A DNA stretch of 64,000 nucleotides from Mobula hypostoma. Taxonomy: Eukaryota. A program made the position numbers and the translations under genes. Under the pieces are notes generated by a model, which saw nothing but the letters and a program-made list of their open reading frames with translations, made no database searches and was not told the DNA's origin. The stretch spans positions 70,868,001 through 70,932,000 of the forward strand of contig NC_086097.1 of NCBI RefSeq assembly GCF_963921235.1. Direction: 5' to 3'. Positions within the stretch are counted from its first letter, which is position 1, and each line of letters begins with the position of its first letter. Shown here piece after piece: positions 25,430-37,620 of this stretch.

Positions 25430-25810
25430 TTATTTCTGAAGTATATATGTCAGCTGGTTAAATGTCACCACACTTCTGTTAGTTTAATGCACAGCACTAA
25501 AGTGCTAACCTTAACTGAAGTTCAACGAAACACGAGCATGCCTTTGTGAATGTCACTGAAAGACCAGCATTAACTGAGGAGAAATCATTGAAACACGTCT
25601 TTTTCACATAAATAGAAACATTACCAAGTCAGTCACTGAAGTGACAAGTGCCATTGAAGCTCCAGTATCTCAGCTGAATGACGTTCAAATATTTTCTTAA
25701 CCCTAGTGAATGTCACAAAATTTCTAATGTTACCGCAATGCATTTTGCTCAAGCACTAATATTAACTCAATGAATAGCATTCAAGTAATAACATCAATTA
25801 AATTGATTTC
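25430..25810. repeat. Degenerate ~32-bp tandem repeat (patch 2)
   Basis: Units such as tgtcactgaaagaccagcattaactgaggaga (25551), tgtcacaaaatttctaatgttaccgcaatgca (25711) and ttttgctcaagcactaatattaactcaatgaa (25743). Confidence 0.6.
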
Positions 25811-25914
25811 ATTGAGATGTACAAGAGTAGAAACACTGCAGGAGCAGGAGTAGGTTATTTGGCTTTTCAGAACTTGCTTTGTCATCCAGTATGATCATAA
25901 TTAATCATTAAGTT

Positions 25915-26045
25915 CTTGGCCCGAAACGTCGACCATTGGACTGTTTACTATTTTCCAGAGATGCTGCCTGGCTTGCTGAGTTCCTCTAGCGTTTTGTGTG
26001 ATTTTGCTTTGGATTTCCAGCATCTGCAGACTTTTTCATGTTTGT
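25915..26045 (+). mobile_element. pLTR fragment starting inside the hammerhead motif
   Basis: tcttggcccgaaacgtcgac...gatgctgcctggcttgctgagttcctc...ttccagcatctgcaga. Confidence 0.8.
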
Positions 26046-26269
26046 GGTTACAAATTCACTACCCCGCTCCCGTTTTCTTACCTTACCACTTGATCGCTCT
26101 AACCCTAAGAAGAACGTTTAACTCATTTTTAATTTATTGAGTGACTAACTCTACATCATCCTGGAGGAGAAGACATTCTCTTCATCTCAGACAGGTATGG
26201 CTTATAGCTTATCCTTTGACTGATTCCTGGTCCTCGACTCTCCTAATTTTTCCACTCCTGTGAGTTTTG

Positions 26270-26460
26270 TCGGCACCACAGTGGCACAGCAGTTAGCGCG
26301 ATGCTGTTACAACTCAGGGAGTCAGAGTTCAGAATTAATTACCGGTCAATAGGTTATTATAAATTGTCTGTGATCAGGCTAGGGTTAAGTTGGGGGTTGC
26401 TTAGTAGTGTGGCTCAAAGGGTTGGAAGGGCCTACTCTGCACTGTATCTCCAAAACAAAA
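26270..26460 (+). mobile_element. tRNA-derived SINE with CR1-like tail (internally deleted)
   Basis: A-box-like gtggcacagcagttagcg, B-box-like gagttc, and tail gaagggcctactctgcactgtatctc. Confidence 0.6.
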
Positions 26461-27109
26461 TCCCTCACAATCATTTCAATTCTAACGATTCCAGTTTAAT
26501 TGGCACTGGTGAATCTCAGTGACTTGTGGCTGGTGGCCAATAAAGCAAGGAAAACAACTAACTTCTTTGTTAATCACACTTTTTCTGGTAAATGATTATG
26601 GCAAATAATAGCCTGCAGCTTCCCTTTGCACTTGGAGGCAATTCGATGTGGCAGAACCGAGGTGAGGCAGGGGGCCCGAAGTTTGATTAAGTTAAGCGCT
26701 GGGCTGACTCGGAAAGGTTGGGTATAGGCTAAGTCGAGGTGGCGGGATCCAGGCCCCAGAGCATATCGAAGGGATGGAACCCAATGTCTGGACACCACTT
26801 TAAGTGCCAGGCCTGATTGAAAAAGTCTGGCACTGGGGCCCAAGGCAAGTGTCGGGCCGGTTCAGGTTGCTGCTCGGCTCTGCACTGAACTAAGGGTCTG
26901 TTGACGGACTCCCATTGTGGACTTCAGTTCAGAATGCTATTTGCTTGCAATTGTTGTTTGCATGATTTATTTTTTTTTCTCTCTGCATAATGGGTGTTGG
27001 CCAGTCTATTTTTTCAATGGATTCTTTTGAGTTTCTTCGTTTTTGTGGCTGCCTTTAAGTTGAATTGTGTCAAAGTGCAACAAATTTCTACAAATTGGTC
27101 TATATTGAT

Positions 27110-27760
27110 TACAAATATAAACCACAAACTGATTGCATAAGTATTCTCCCCCTTCAAGTCAGTATTTAGTAGATGTACATTTGGCAGCAATGACAGCCTT
27201 GAGTCTGTGTGGATATGTCTCTATCAGCTTTATACATCTGCACACTGCAATTTTTCCCCATTCTTCTTTACAAAACTGCTCAAGCTCTGTCAGGTTGCAT
27301 GGGGACCATGAGTGCCTTCCCCAGTGGACCCCTTTTCAAGTCCAGCTACAAATTCTCAAATGGATTGAAGTCTGGACTCTTAACTTGGCCACTACAGGAC
27401 ATTAACTTTTTTGTTTTTAGGCCATTCCAGTGTAGCTTTGATTTTATGTTTGGGGTCATTGTCTTGCTGGAAAACAAATCTGCTGCCAAGTTGCAGTTCC
27501 CTTGCAGATTGCATCAGGTTTTCCTCCAGGATTTCCCTGTATTTTGCTGCATTTATTTTATCATCTACCTTCACAAGACTTCCATGTCTGCTGCAGTGAA
27601 GCATCACCACAATATGATGCAGCCATCACCATGCTTCATGATAGGGATGGTGTGTTTTTGATGATGTGCAGTGCTTGACTTATGCCAATTATAGTGTTTA
27701 GTCTGATGGTCAAAAAGCTCAATTTTGGTTTCATCAGACCATAGAACCTTCTCCTTTTTC
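27110..27760 (-). mobile_element. Tc1 transposon fragment (DDE catalytic region plus one terminal repeat)
   Basis: VLWSDETKIELF, KHGDGCIILW, FVFQQDNDPKH; tgcataagtattctccccc terminal motif. Confidence 0.9.
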
Positions 27761-28339
27761 TGTTGATCAGTTTTTAATATATCCTGTGTCTCTCTCCAGA
27801 GTAAATACAGATACAAGAAATTCATTTAAGGACTCACGCATCTCTTTCTGCTGCATGAATAAATGACCGTGCTGATCTTCAAGTGGACTAATTTTCTCCC
27901 TTGCTACCTTTTCCTTTTAATATATCTATAGAAGTCCTTGGGATTCTCTTTCACCTTGAAGGAGAACAACCTGATGCCCTCCGTTAGCCCTCCTGGTTTC
28001 CCTCTTCTGTTTTCTTGCATATCTTATACTCCTCATGTATAAGAAATACTCCAAGCATAACAGGTACACAATGTGATAGTTCACTGTCCCATATAATTAG
28101 GAATTGTATTTCATTCCCTCATCTAAATAATTAATATATATTGTGAATATCTGGAATCAGTACCTATCTCTGTGTTACCCCACTTGTCACTGTCTGCCAA
28201 GGAGAAAAAAAAACATGTTTTCTCCTACTCTTTGTTTCCTGCATACCTCTCTATCCATATCGGCGTCTGTCCCATGTGTCTCAGCTTTGCATACTAATCT
28301 TTTATATGCGGCCTTTTTGGAAGCCTTCTGAATAAGCTG

Positions 28340-28870
28340 AAAGAATTTTATTGAAATATTATTTCTCTATTAAATTCTGCTGGAGCGCTAATTGTGCAAA
28401 TTTAACTGAAATACAACATTGGCTCAATGTCAGTAAAATCGACACTAACCTTTTTAATGTGGAGTTATCATAGAGCTGTTAATAGCCCACCGTGTCATTA
28501 GCACACAGGGTGCCATAGGGATATAACCATTAGCCCACCAAACTGCTGACATTAACTGAATACGTCTCTTTGAAATATCACCCCAATGGATGTTATTAAG
28601 ATATTTTTATCTCAAAGGTGTTACAGAAATACTAACACCAGCACATTCAGTGTTGCTGAAATACTAGCATTAGCTCCAATGGTTGTCACTAAAGTAATAA
28701 TGATAACTAAATAACGATGACTGAAATATTGATGTTATTCCAATGAGTATCACTGAAGTGCTAGCATCACCCCAGGTATCACTTAAACACTAATATTAGC
28801 CAAGTCTTTGTCACTCAACTGTAAAAATTAATTAAAGCAATGTTGATGAAATAATAATGTTAATTAATAC
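28340..28870. repeat. Degenerate ~32-bp tandem repeat (patch 3, best preserved)
   Basis: About 8 consecutive clear units from 28619, consensus ~TGTCACTGAAATACTAAYATTAMCYCAATGRR, with weaker units upstream. Confidence 0.75.
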
Positions 28871-28964
28871 CGTGATTGCCTCATTTTAACATCAGGTAAG
28901 TAATTGTGTATATATAAATGTCTATCTCAATTTTCTCTATATCTCTATATAACCTATATCTAAA

Positions 28965-29520
28965 CAGTGGATTCTAGTTAATTGGACAATTGGTGAATTG
29001 GGGCAGCCACGTCTTTGGGATAACTCTTAAAGAACAAAAACTAATTGAGAAAATAGCTAGGATTCCCTTTGTTTATCTGGGACACATTGCCCCTTAACTG
29101 TCACATGCACTTGCATAGCCATTAGAACAACGAAGAATTTGAAGGTATCGACAATCATCTTGAATGTTACAATGAGAATACAGATTTGGAAGGTTCCATT
29201 GCCGAAAGCATTGTATGAAGGTATTCCATTATCTGCACTAGGTGTGTGCACTAATTTTTTCATTTACATTCAATCAAAAGAACACGGCAGCATACACTGG
29301 ATGAATTCCTCTGTCAATAACTATTAAGAGCCAATACACAGTTTTATGTTACCATAGTGGTATTTGTAGTGGTCTAATTTGTTTTGTATTTCCTTTAAAT
29401 ACATAATTTATTGCTCAATTGAATGGTAGTTTCTCTTTTTTATATATTTTTAACTATTTCCATGAAACTTCAGCTAATTGGGGCAGATGCTTAATTGGGC
29501 CAAAATGTACTGATCCTGAT
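28965..29520. mobile_element. Tigger/pogo-like non-autonomous DNA element, truncated
   Basis: Begins CAGTGGATTCTAGTTAATTGG; aattggggcag subterminal motif recurs near 29477. Confidence 0.5.
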
Positions 29521-29654
29521 GATATATATAATTAATTTGAACGAAGTATAGAAAATTTGAATAATCCTTTTTGAAGACAGATAAACTCACAGCCATTTTT
29601 CTCAAATCACATTTATCAGATTTTCCATGTTTTGAATTTTATTTTGTTTAAACA

Positions 29655-32600
29655 GCATGTGGTCAGATATATTCTTCAAACGTGGAATGTCAAGAGCTTT
29701 TGAGTATCTTATATATACGTCATACATCACGCCACCACGCCATATATGTGTGCCTTGCTACAAGTAAAAATTAGAGTACATGAGTTATCACCAGCTCCAT
29801 GTTTTTCTGTCAGTTAGTTTTTTTATCTTTTGGAATTACAAAACATAACAGGAGCAACAAGAAAGGTTTAGAACCAAAATCATTGTTCGTTTAAGAGAGC
29901 AGTTTAAACCACTGTGTCAATGGAAACAGCAGACAGATGCAATTGAGTGGCAGTCAGGAATACAAGTGAGTGTGAACAAAATTGTAATGTCTAAACAGAA
30001 GCTAGCCTTGCCGAACAGTTCGTTTTATTGTTGTGGCAGGGTTTCAGATACAACAGGCCAATGGGAATTTAAAGATGAAACTTGCAGAAATTGCAACGAA
30101 GTAGAATACATACTAAGAGCATGTTAGGCAGACAAAAATAAATGAACTGCACAGGGAAGAGAAACCAATAAAAAGTCAAGTTGCAGTTTCAAGAAGAGCA
30201 CTGATCTGCATGCTGTTGATGAAAAGTCTGATAACTTTGGGAGTGACACAGGATTATGCAGCCTTGAAATTTATAATGTGAAAACTAACAACAGACAAGC
30301 AATATGGCTTAAACCAGAAGTGAATGGCAAATTAATTAAAATGGAATTAGACATTCGCTTGGCTATTATGGTTATTCCACAAAATGAATTTGAACTGCAT
30401 TTCAAAGATACTGAATGAAGCCCACAGATACCCAACTAAGAACTTATATTGGAGAAAAGATAACACCCATGGGATTAACATTCATTACAATGAAATACAA
30501 CAACCAACAAGCCTTATTGGGCTTGTGCTTGGTAAAAACAGGAGAGCCAGCATTGAGGGGCTGTCGTTGACTGAGACAACTACAACTTGATAAGGAGATC
30601 CATCTACCATTTGCATGCCACATTCCATGCAATAGAGTCGACTGAAACTGAATTGTGAAAGGCACTGAATTATGCGATAGCGGTGTTGAAGAATAGCATT
30701 AGAAAACTCAATCGCATCGAGGGTAAAATGGTGTTAAAAGAAAATAGCACACCCAAGTTTTACAAAGTCCATCCGATTTCTTATACCATCCTTGATAAAG
30801 TACCCAGTGAGCTGGATCGCACAGAGGCTGAAGGTATTCTTTCCAAGGTTGACTGGAGCCCATGGGCAATGCCAGTTGTCCTAATAGCCTAGAAGAACGG
30901 GTCTGTCAGGATCTGTGGTGATATTAAGGTCACCATCAACCCAGTACTGAAACTAGATCAATATCCTCTGTCTAGGATAAAGGATATCTTTGTGGAGGAA
31001 AACACTTCATCAATGTAGACTTAGCTGAGGCCTACCTACAGGTGGAGATGAAAGAAACGTTCAAAGTGTATTTCACCATAAACACTCACTATAACAGGCT
31101 TATTTTTGGAGTAGCATCTGCACCTGCAGAAGATGGGCCGAATGGCCTACTTCAGCTCCTTTGTCTTGTGATCTTGTGACACCTGCACTCCGGCAGATAA
31201 CTATGGACCAGGTGCTGCCAGGCTGCCCAGGCGCTCAGTGTTACCTGGAAAACATCATTGTTACCAGTAAGGATGGCAAGGAACATCTCCAAAATCTCAA
31301 GACATTGTTAAAGTGTGGAAGATTATGGGCTCAAAGCATGACGCAACAAGTGTGAATTCTTTAAACAAAGCATCACTTACTGTGCTCATACCATTGACTC
31401 ACAAGTATTACACAAGTGTGCTGAGAAAATTCAAGCAGTAATGGAATCCCCAAGGCCGAAGGAGATGTCACAGTTGTGGTCTTTTTTAGAATTTGCCTGT
31501 TATTATAACAACTTCCTGCTAAACCTGGCTACTGTTCTCTATACCTTGAATTCATTACTAGAGAAAGGGGACAAATGGCAATGGACAAAGCAGTGTGAGA
31601 TGGTTGTCAAAAAGGAAAAGGAAATGATGACTTCAGACACTGTATTCACACATTATATTGACATTGGCAGAGCTTACCTTATGGTATAGGTGCAGACCTA
31701 TCACATGTTACGAGTGATGGAAGTGATCACGCTCCCCCCCCCCCGCCATGGGCTTTGCAGCGTGTTCCCTTACCGCTGCAGAGAAAAATACACACAGGTT
31801 GCCAGAGAGGCCTTGAGTCTGGTTTGGGGTGGAAAACATTCCAACCAGTACTTGTATGGGAGAGAGTTCACCCTCTCAACTGACCATCAACTACTAGCGT
31901 CCAGTTTCAATCCACAGAAAGGTGTTCCACTACCAGCAGTAGTACCAATGCAGAGGTGGGCTCTGTTTCTTGGAGGACACAATTACAAGATCGAATTCAA
32001 GATGACGACTGAAAATGGAAATACTGATGGATTATCCTGTTTACCCTTGGAAAGGGAAATACTTTAAAAAAATTAACAAAAAAGACACTCCTTGATGTAT
32101 TCTCCCTAATGAAAATTGAAAGCCTCCTATAATGGCAGAGATGATCCAAGGGGAAAGCAGAGAAGACACCGCATTGTCTCAGGTCTTCATGGCCACCCAA
32201 AATGGCTGGAATTTACAGCTGAAACTCCAGTTCCCTCATTTTTACCAGCACCAGGATGAACTTGCCCTCATTGGAGATTGCCTTATATAGGGATTGTGAG
32301 TTCTTGTACCATCCATGCTGAGAGCTAAAGTGTTGGAGGCGCTAAGTGCCAGTCACCTGGGCGTGGTCTAAATTAAAGTGTTGGCTTGAAGCTTTGTCTA
32401 ATGGTTTGGGATAGATCAGCAGATCAAGCAGCACGCCATGCACTGTTCAGGATGCTAACACATCCAGAAGATGCCAAGAGTAGTGCCTGTACATCCCTGG
32501 GAATGCCCTGCATTGCCCTGGCAAAGGATTCAGGTAGATTTTGCCAGATCGCTCATGAGCACAAACATTTTGGTAGTTGTGGATGCAGCTACAAAGTGGC

Positions 32601-33372
32601 CTCTACTACAGCCTCACACACTGTTGATGGGTTGAGAAGCCTTTTCTCAAGGACCAGTGCTCCAGAACACCTTGTCAGTGATAATTGACCACAGTTTGTT
32701 CCAGAACAGTTTCAGTCTCTCAGGAAAAATGAATGGAATAAGGCACATTACATCGGCATCATCCCAACCAGCTACAAATGGCTTGATGGAAAACTGCATC
32801 CAGAATCTAAAGAACAGACTGCAAGCAATGTCAGCAGAACATACTGCAGTGACTGAATCAGAATCTTGCCAATTTCCTCCTTGCACATCGCAATGCAGCA
32901 CATTCCATCACTAACATCTCACCAGCTATGCCGTTCCTGGGTCAGCCCATGCACTCACGCTTGGATCTCTTCAAACCCAATATCAGGAGGGGTATCTTTA
33001 GGTCTGAATGGGACAATTTAAAATCTACTATGCTGTGTATGTCTATGTACTAGTTGTATTATATGGTATACTGTTGTATTACATAAGTTGAGATAGATTC
33101 TATATTGAATTGGAGTTTATACAAAGCAGAGAGGTGTGTATTTAATATTTCAAGAGTAATCTTGTAAATATATTGTTTGGTTAAACATTCTGTATTGTTT
33201 ACATAATGCGTTACATTATATGTATGAAGTACATGAATAGCTTATGTATGTCACATGCCATCTTACCATCATGTGCGAGCCGCACTAAAAGTAATAAAGA
33301 GTGCACAAGTTATGCCTGGCTCTGTCTTTATCTTTCAATTAGTTTTGTGGTTTGGAGCTGCAAAACGTAACA
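29655..33372 (+). mobile_element. Degraded Ty3/Gypsy LTR retrotransposon (gag knuckle, PR, RT, RH, IN) with two diverged LTRs
   Basis: Zinc-knuckle remnant about 30020-30125, KMELD protease, WAMPVV..KKNGSVRICGD, YLYGREFTLSTDH, PEHLVSDN, PATNGL. The LTRs end aaaacataaca (29850) and aaaacgtaaca (33372); purine tract aagcagagagg before the 3' LTR (about 33137). Confidence 0.9.
31129..31179 (+). mobile_element. 51-bp CR1 tail insertion inside the Gypsy RT
   Basis: gatgggccgaatggcctacttcagctcct...(tcttgtga) tail, flanked by 8-bp TSD CACCTGCA (31121-28, 31180-87). Confidence 0.85.
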
Positions 33373-33574
33373 ATAATGACACGCAGGCATTCTTCTGGAG
33401 ATCATGGCAGAGTCTCCCAGACTCAAAGTACTTCACATTCTTATAACCTTACGATCACTAGTAATATCAGGTAGTTCAGTACAATTTCAATGATTACAAT
33501 GACATAAATTATTTCAATATTTTGAGTCTGACAGTGCTTCCATTAAGTTACATATCTAAAATGAGAGACACCTT

Positions 33575-34160
33575 GGAAAGTTCAGAATCAGGTTTGATAT
33601 CAAAGGCCTATGTCATGAAATGTGTTGTTTTACAGCAGTAGTGCCTTGTAATGCATAATAATAAAACAATATAAATTACAATAATATACTATGTGTGTGT
33701 GTGTGTGTGTGTGTATATAATTTATAAATATATATATTATATATAAATATGTAGTGCAAAGAGAGAGGAGAATGAATAGTGAGGTAGAGCACATGGGTTT
33801 GTTATCCATTCAGAAATCTGATGGTGCAATGGAAGAAGCTGTTCCTGAAATGTTGGGTGTGTGTGTTCAGGATCCTCTACTTCCTCCTTGATGGTAGCAA
33901 ATAGAAGAGGGCATGTCCTTGGTGCTGGGGGTCCTTAATGACGGATGCCGCCTTTTTTGAGCCATCTCCTTTTAAAGATGTCGTGGATGTTGGCTGGGCT
34001 AGTACCCGTGATGGAACCGGCAGAGTTTACAATTTTCCCCAGCTTTTCCCGATCCTGTGCAGTGGTCTTTCCGTACCAGATGGTGATGTAACCAGTTAGA
34101 ATGCTCTCCACGGTACATCTTGTGAGTGCCTTTGGTGGCACACCAATTCTCCTCTAACTC
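33575..34160 (-). mobile_element. Rex1/Babar 3' fragment containing a (GT)n/AT microsatellite
   Basis: CTVESILTGYITIWYG; (gt)n at about 33693-33714. Confidence 0.85.
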
Positions 34161-34559
34161 AAGTAGAGTGGCTTGACTTTTAACATACTAAAACTGTTCA
34201 CTACAGCCTGTCAAGCATTGGCAATTCAAGAGCTAGTGCGGGTGCTGCTTAAATACAATGAGAGCATCTGCCCCCAGATTGTGTTTCAGATTGCAATCCG
34301 CACACCAGCTACCCTATCTACCTATGCTGCCACCTTCACAAACCTTTGCACTTGTAAATTATTGTTCCTCAAAACTCCCTCAGAACCTGCTAAGTCCTAT
34401 CCTTACTGGATCCCCATCCTAAAACATGCATCATCTCATACATATCAGAATTAAATTCCATCTGCCACTGCCCTGCCCAACTTTCCAGCTGACCAGTAAC
34501 ATTCAACAGCCCAAGTGCCCTGCTCACTATTAGCAACACCACTACTTTTCATTAATTTC

Positions 34560-37500
34560 TCAATGTCTGCATTATGTTTACACAAATGCTGGGAGCCCAG
34601 GATAGAGCTGGCTGGGTTTACAACTGCTTGCAGACTTCTCTGATCCTGTGCAGTGCCCCCCCCCATGTCAGATGGTAAGGTAACGTGTCTGAATGCTCTC
34701 AACGGTACATCTGTAGAAATTTGTGAGAGTCTTTGTTGACATACCAAGTTTCTTCAAACTCCTAATGAAATATAGCCGCTGTTGTCTTCGTTGTAATTAC
34801 ATCAATATGTTATGCATCAGATAGATCTTTAGAGATGTCGACACCTAGGGGCTCAAAATTGCTCACCCTTTCCCTGAGGACATGCCGTTCCTGAAGTCCA
34901 TAGTCAGTTCCTTGGTCTTACTGATGTTGAGTACAACCAGCTGATCTTCTCACTCCTGTACACCTCGATGTCACCACCTAAAATTCTGCCAATATTGGTT
35001 GTGCCATTGGTAAATTTATAGAAGGTGCTTGAGCTGTGCCTAACCACACAGTTGTGGGTGCAGAGAGAGTAGAGCAGTGGGCTAAGCACACATCCTTGAG
35101 GTGCACCAGTGTTGATTGTCAATGAGGAGATGTTATTTCCAATCCATACTGACTGTGGTCTCCCAATGAGGAAGTCAAGGATCGAGTTGCAGAGGGAGGT
35201 ACAGAGGTTTTTAGAGCTTGTTGATTGATTGTGTTGAACGCTGAGCTGTAGTGAATAAACAGCAGCCTGACATAGATATTACTATTGTCTAGGTGATCGA
35301 AGGCTGATTGGATAGCCAGTAAGATTACATCCACTGTAGGGGATAACGAGACAGCCTACAGGGACGAGGTCCAGCACCTGGCCGCGTGGTGTGCCGACAA
35401 CAACCTGGCCCTTAACACCCAGGCCCTTAATACGCAGAAGAGTAAGGAGATCACTGTGGACTTCAAGCATGCTAGGAGCCACGCTCACGTCCCCATCTAC
35501 ATCAACGGAGCTGTAGTGGAGCGTGTATCAAGCTTTGGTGTCCACATTTCCGAGGATCTCACCTGGTCCCTGAACTCCTCCATCCTGATCAAAAAGGCAC
35601 AACAGCGCCTTTATTTCCTGCGGAGCATGAAGAAAGCTCACCTCTGTCCCAGGATACTGACAGACTTTTACCACTGTACCATTGAGAGCATATTCACCAA
35701 CTGCATCTCAGTGTGGTATGGCAATTGTCCCGTATCGAACTGCAAAGCACTCCAGCGTGTGGTGAAAACTGCCCAGCGGATTATCGGCACCCAATTGCGC
35801 ACCATAGAGAACATCTACCTGGGCAGGGCGAAAAGCATTATCAAGGATGCATCTCACCCTAACCATGGACTTTTTACTCTTTTCCCATCCAGTAGGTGCT
35901 ACAGGAGCCTCCGCTCCTGCATCAGCAGGCACAGGAAGAGTTTCTTCCCTGAGGCTGTGACCCTGCTGAACCTTACATCACAGCGCTAAGCAGTATTGCA
36001 CCCATATTGTACTGTCTCAGTACTTTTATATTTGTGTGCTGTAGTACTTTTTATTTGCAGTTATTTGTAAATAACACTATTCTTTGCATTTCTGGTTAGA
36101 TGCTAACTTCATTTCATTGGCTTTGTTTCTGTACTCGGCACAATAACAATAAAGTTGAATCTAATCTAATCTATTGTGGCAATAGGCAATTGGCAGAGGA
36201 TCCAGCTCCTTGCTTAGGCAAGTGTTGATTCTGGCCACGACAAACCTCTCAAAGCTCTTCATCAAAGTACTATAGATGTGAATGCAACTAATTGATTATT
36301 TGTTGATGCAAATTTCGCACTGCTCTTCTTGGGCATTGGTATAATTGTCGCCCTTTTGATGCAGACGGGAACCTCTGACTGCAGCAGTGAGAAACTGAAG
36401 ATGTCCATGCATGCTCTCACCAGAGGGTAGGCACAGGTTTTCAGTGCCCTACCAGGTATACCATCAGGCCTTGATGCCTAACAAGGATTCAGTGTCTTGA
36501 AAGATGACCTGGTGTTGACTTCTGAGACAGAGATCATGGAGTAACCAGATGCTGCAGGGATTCACCCTTTCAAAGCATGCATAAAAGGCATTGAGCTCAT
36601 CTGTGAAACATTACAGCCACTCATAATGTTAGGTTTCATCTTGTAGGAAATAAAGGCCTGCAAACCCTGTCAGAGCTGACATGATCTGATTCCATCTCTA
36701 ACTTCAATCAGAATTTTTTTTTTCACTCTTAAAATAGCCTTCCTGTAGGTTGTACCTGGACTTCTTGTATAGCTCTGGATCACCAGTGTTGATGCCACAG
36801 ATCTAACACTCAGCAGACTATGAATCTACTGGTTCATCTGTGGCTTTTGGTTTGGATATGTCCGGTATATTCTCAAAGGCAGACTCTCATTCACACAGGT
36901 CTTGATGAAGTCAGTGACAAATGTGGCGTATTCATTCAGATTCAAAGATGAATCCCTGAATATTGTCCAATCCACTGACTCAACGTAGTCCTGTGAGCAC
37001 TCCTCTGCCTCTCTTGACCATATCTTCTTCATCCTCACCACTGGCGCTATGATCTTTAGTCTCTGCCTTTGGCATGGTAAACATTCTTGATGGTGGTATA
37101 ACAGTGGTCAAGTGTGTTAGGCCCTCTGGTTCCACAGGTGATATGTTGGTGGTAGTTGTTCAGAGACTTCTTCAAGCTGGCCTGGTTAAAATCCCCCAAA
37201 ATAATAGGGAAGGAATCAGTGTGCACTGTTTCGTGACTGCTGATCATGGTGCTCAGTTCCTCCGGTGCCAGGCAATGTTGGCCTGGGGTGCAATGTACAC
37301 CACTACCAGGATGAAGGTGAAAAACTCCAAGTCTGAACCGCCAAGTCTGTGCACCACAATGAGTTAATCATAAAGCATACGCCACCTCCTCTAACTTTAA
37401 AAGAATTACCTGTCCTGTCTTTTTGGTGGATAGTGAAGCCCTCGGGCTGCAGTGCTGCTTTCGATATAGTGGAGGTCAGCCATGTTTCCGAGAAGCAAAG

Positions 37501-37620
37501 TACACAGCAGTCCTCAATGCCCTTCTGATGCTGTAATTTTGCTCAGTGGGCTTCAGTTTTTTTTTCCATGGACTGTACATTCGCCCGCAGAATAGTTGGG
37601 AGCGGGGGAATCTAAGGCCT
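34560..37620 (-). mobile_element. Long degraded Rex1/Babar element (APE endonuclease plus RT), interrupted by a younger Rex1
   Basis: PTILRANVQS start, [38 protein letters not shown]. Confidence 0.85.
35339..36172 (+). mobile_element. Younger 5'-truncated Rex1/Babar insertion
   Basis: Open 177-aa segment (ISEDLTWS..KKAQQRLYFLR..WYGNC); AATAAA followed by an (aatct)n tail. Confidence 0.92.

Noticed and set aside
26280..26335. tRNA gene
   Set aside because: Only A/B-box-like remnants of a SINE head; no cloverleaf.
28340..28870. 32-bp periodicity read as CRISPR-like
   Set aside because: There is no constant-repeat/variable-spacer alternation; divergence is spread across the whole unit.
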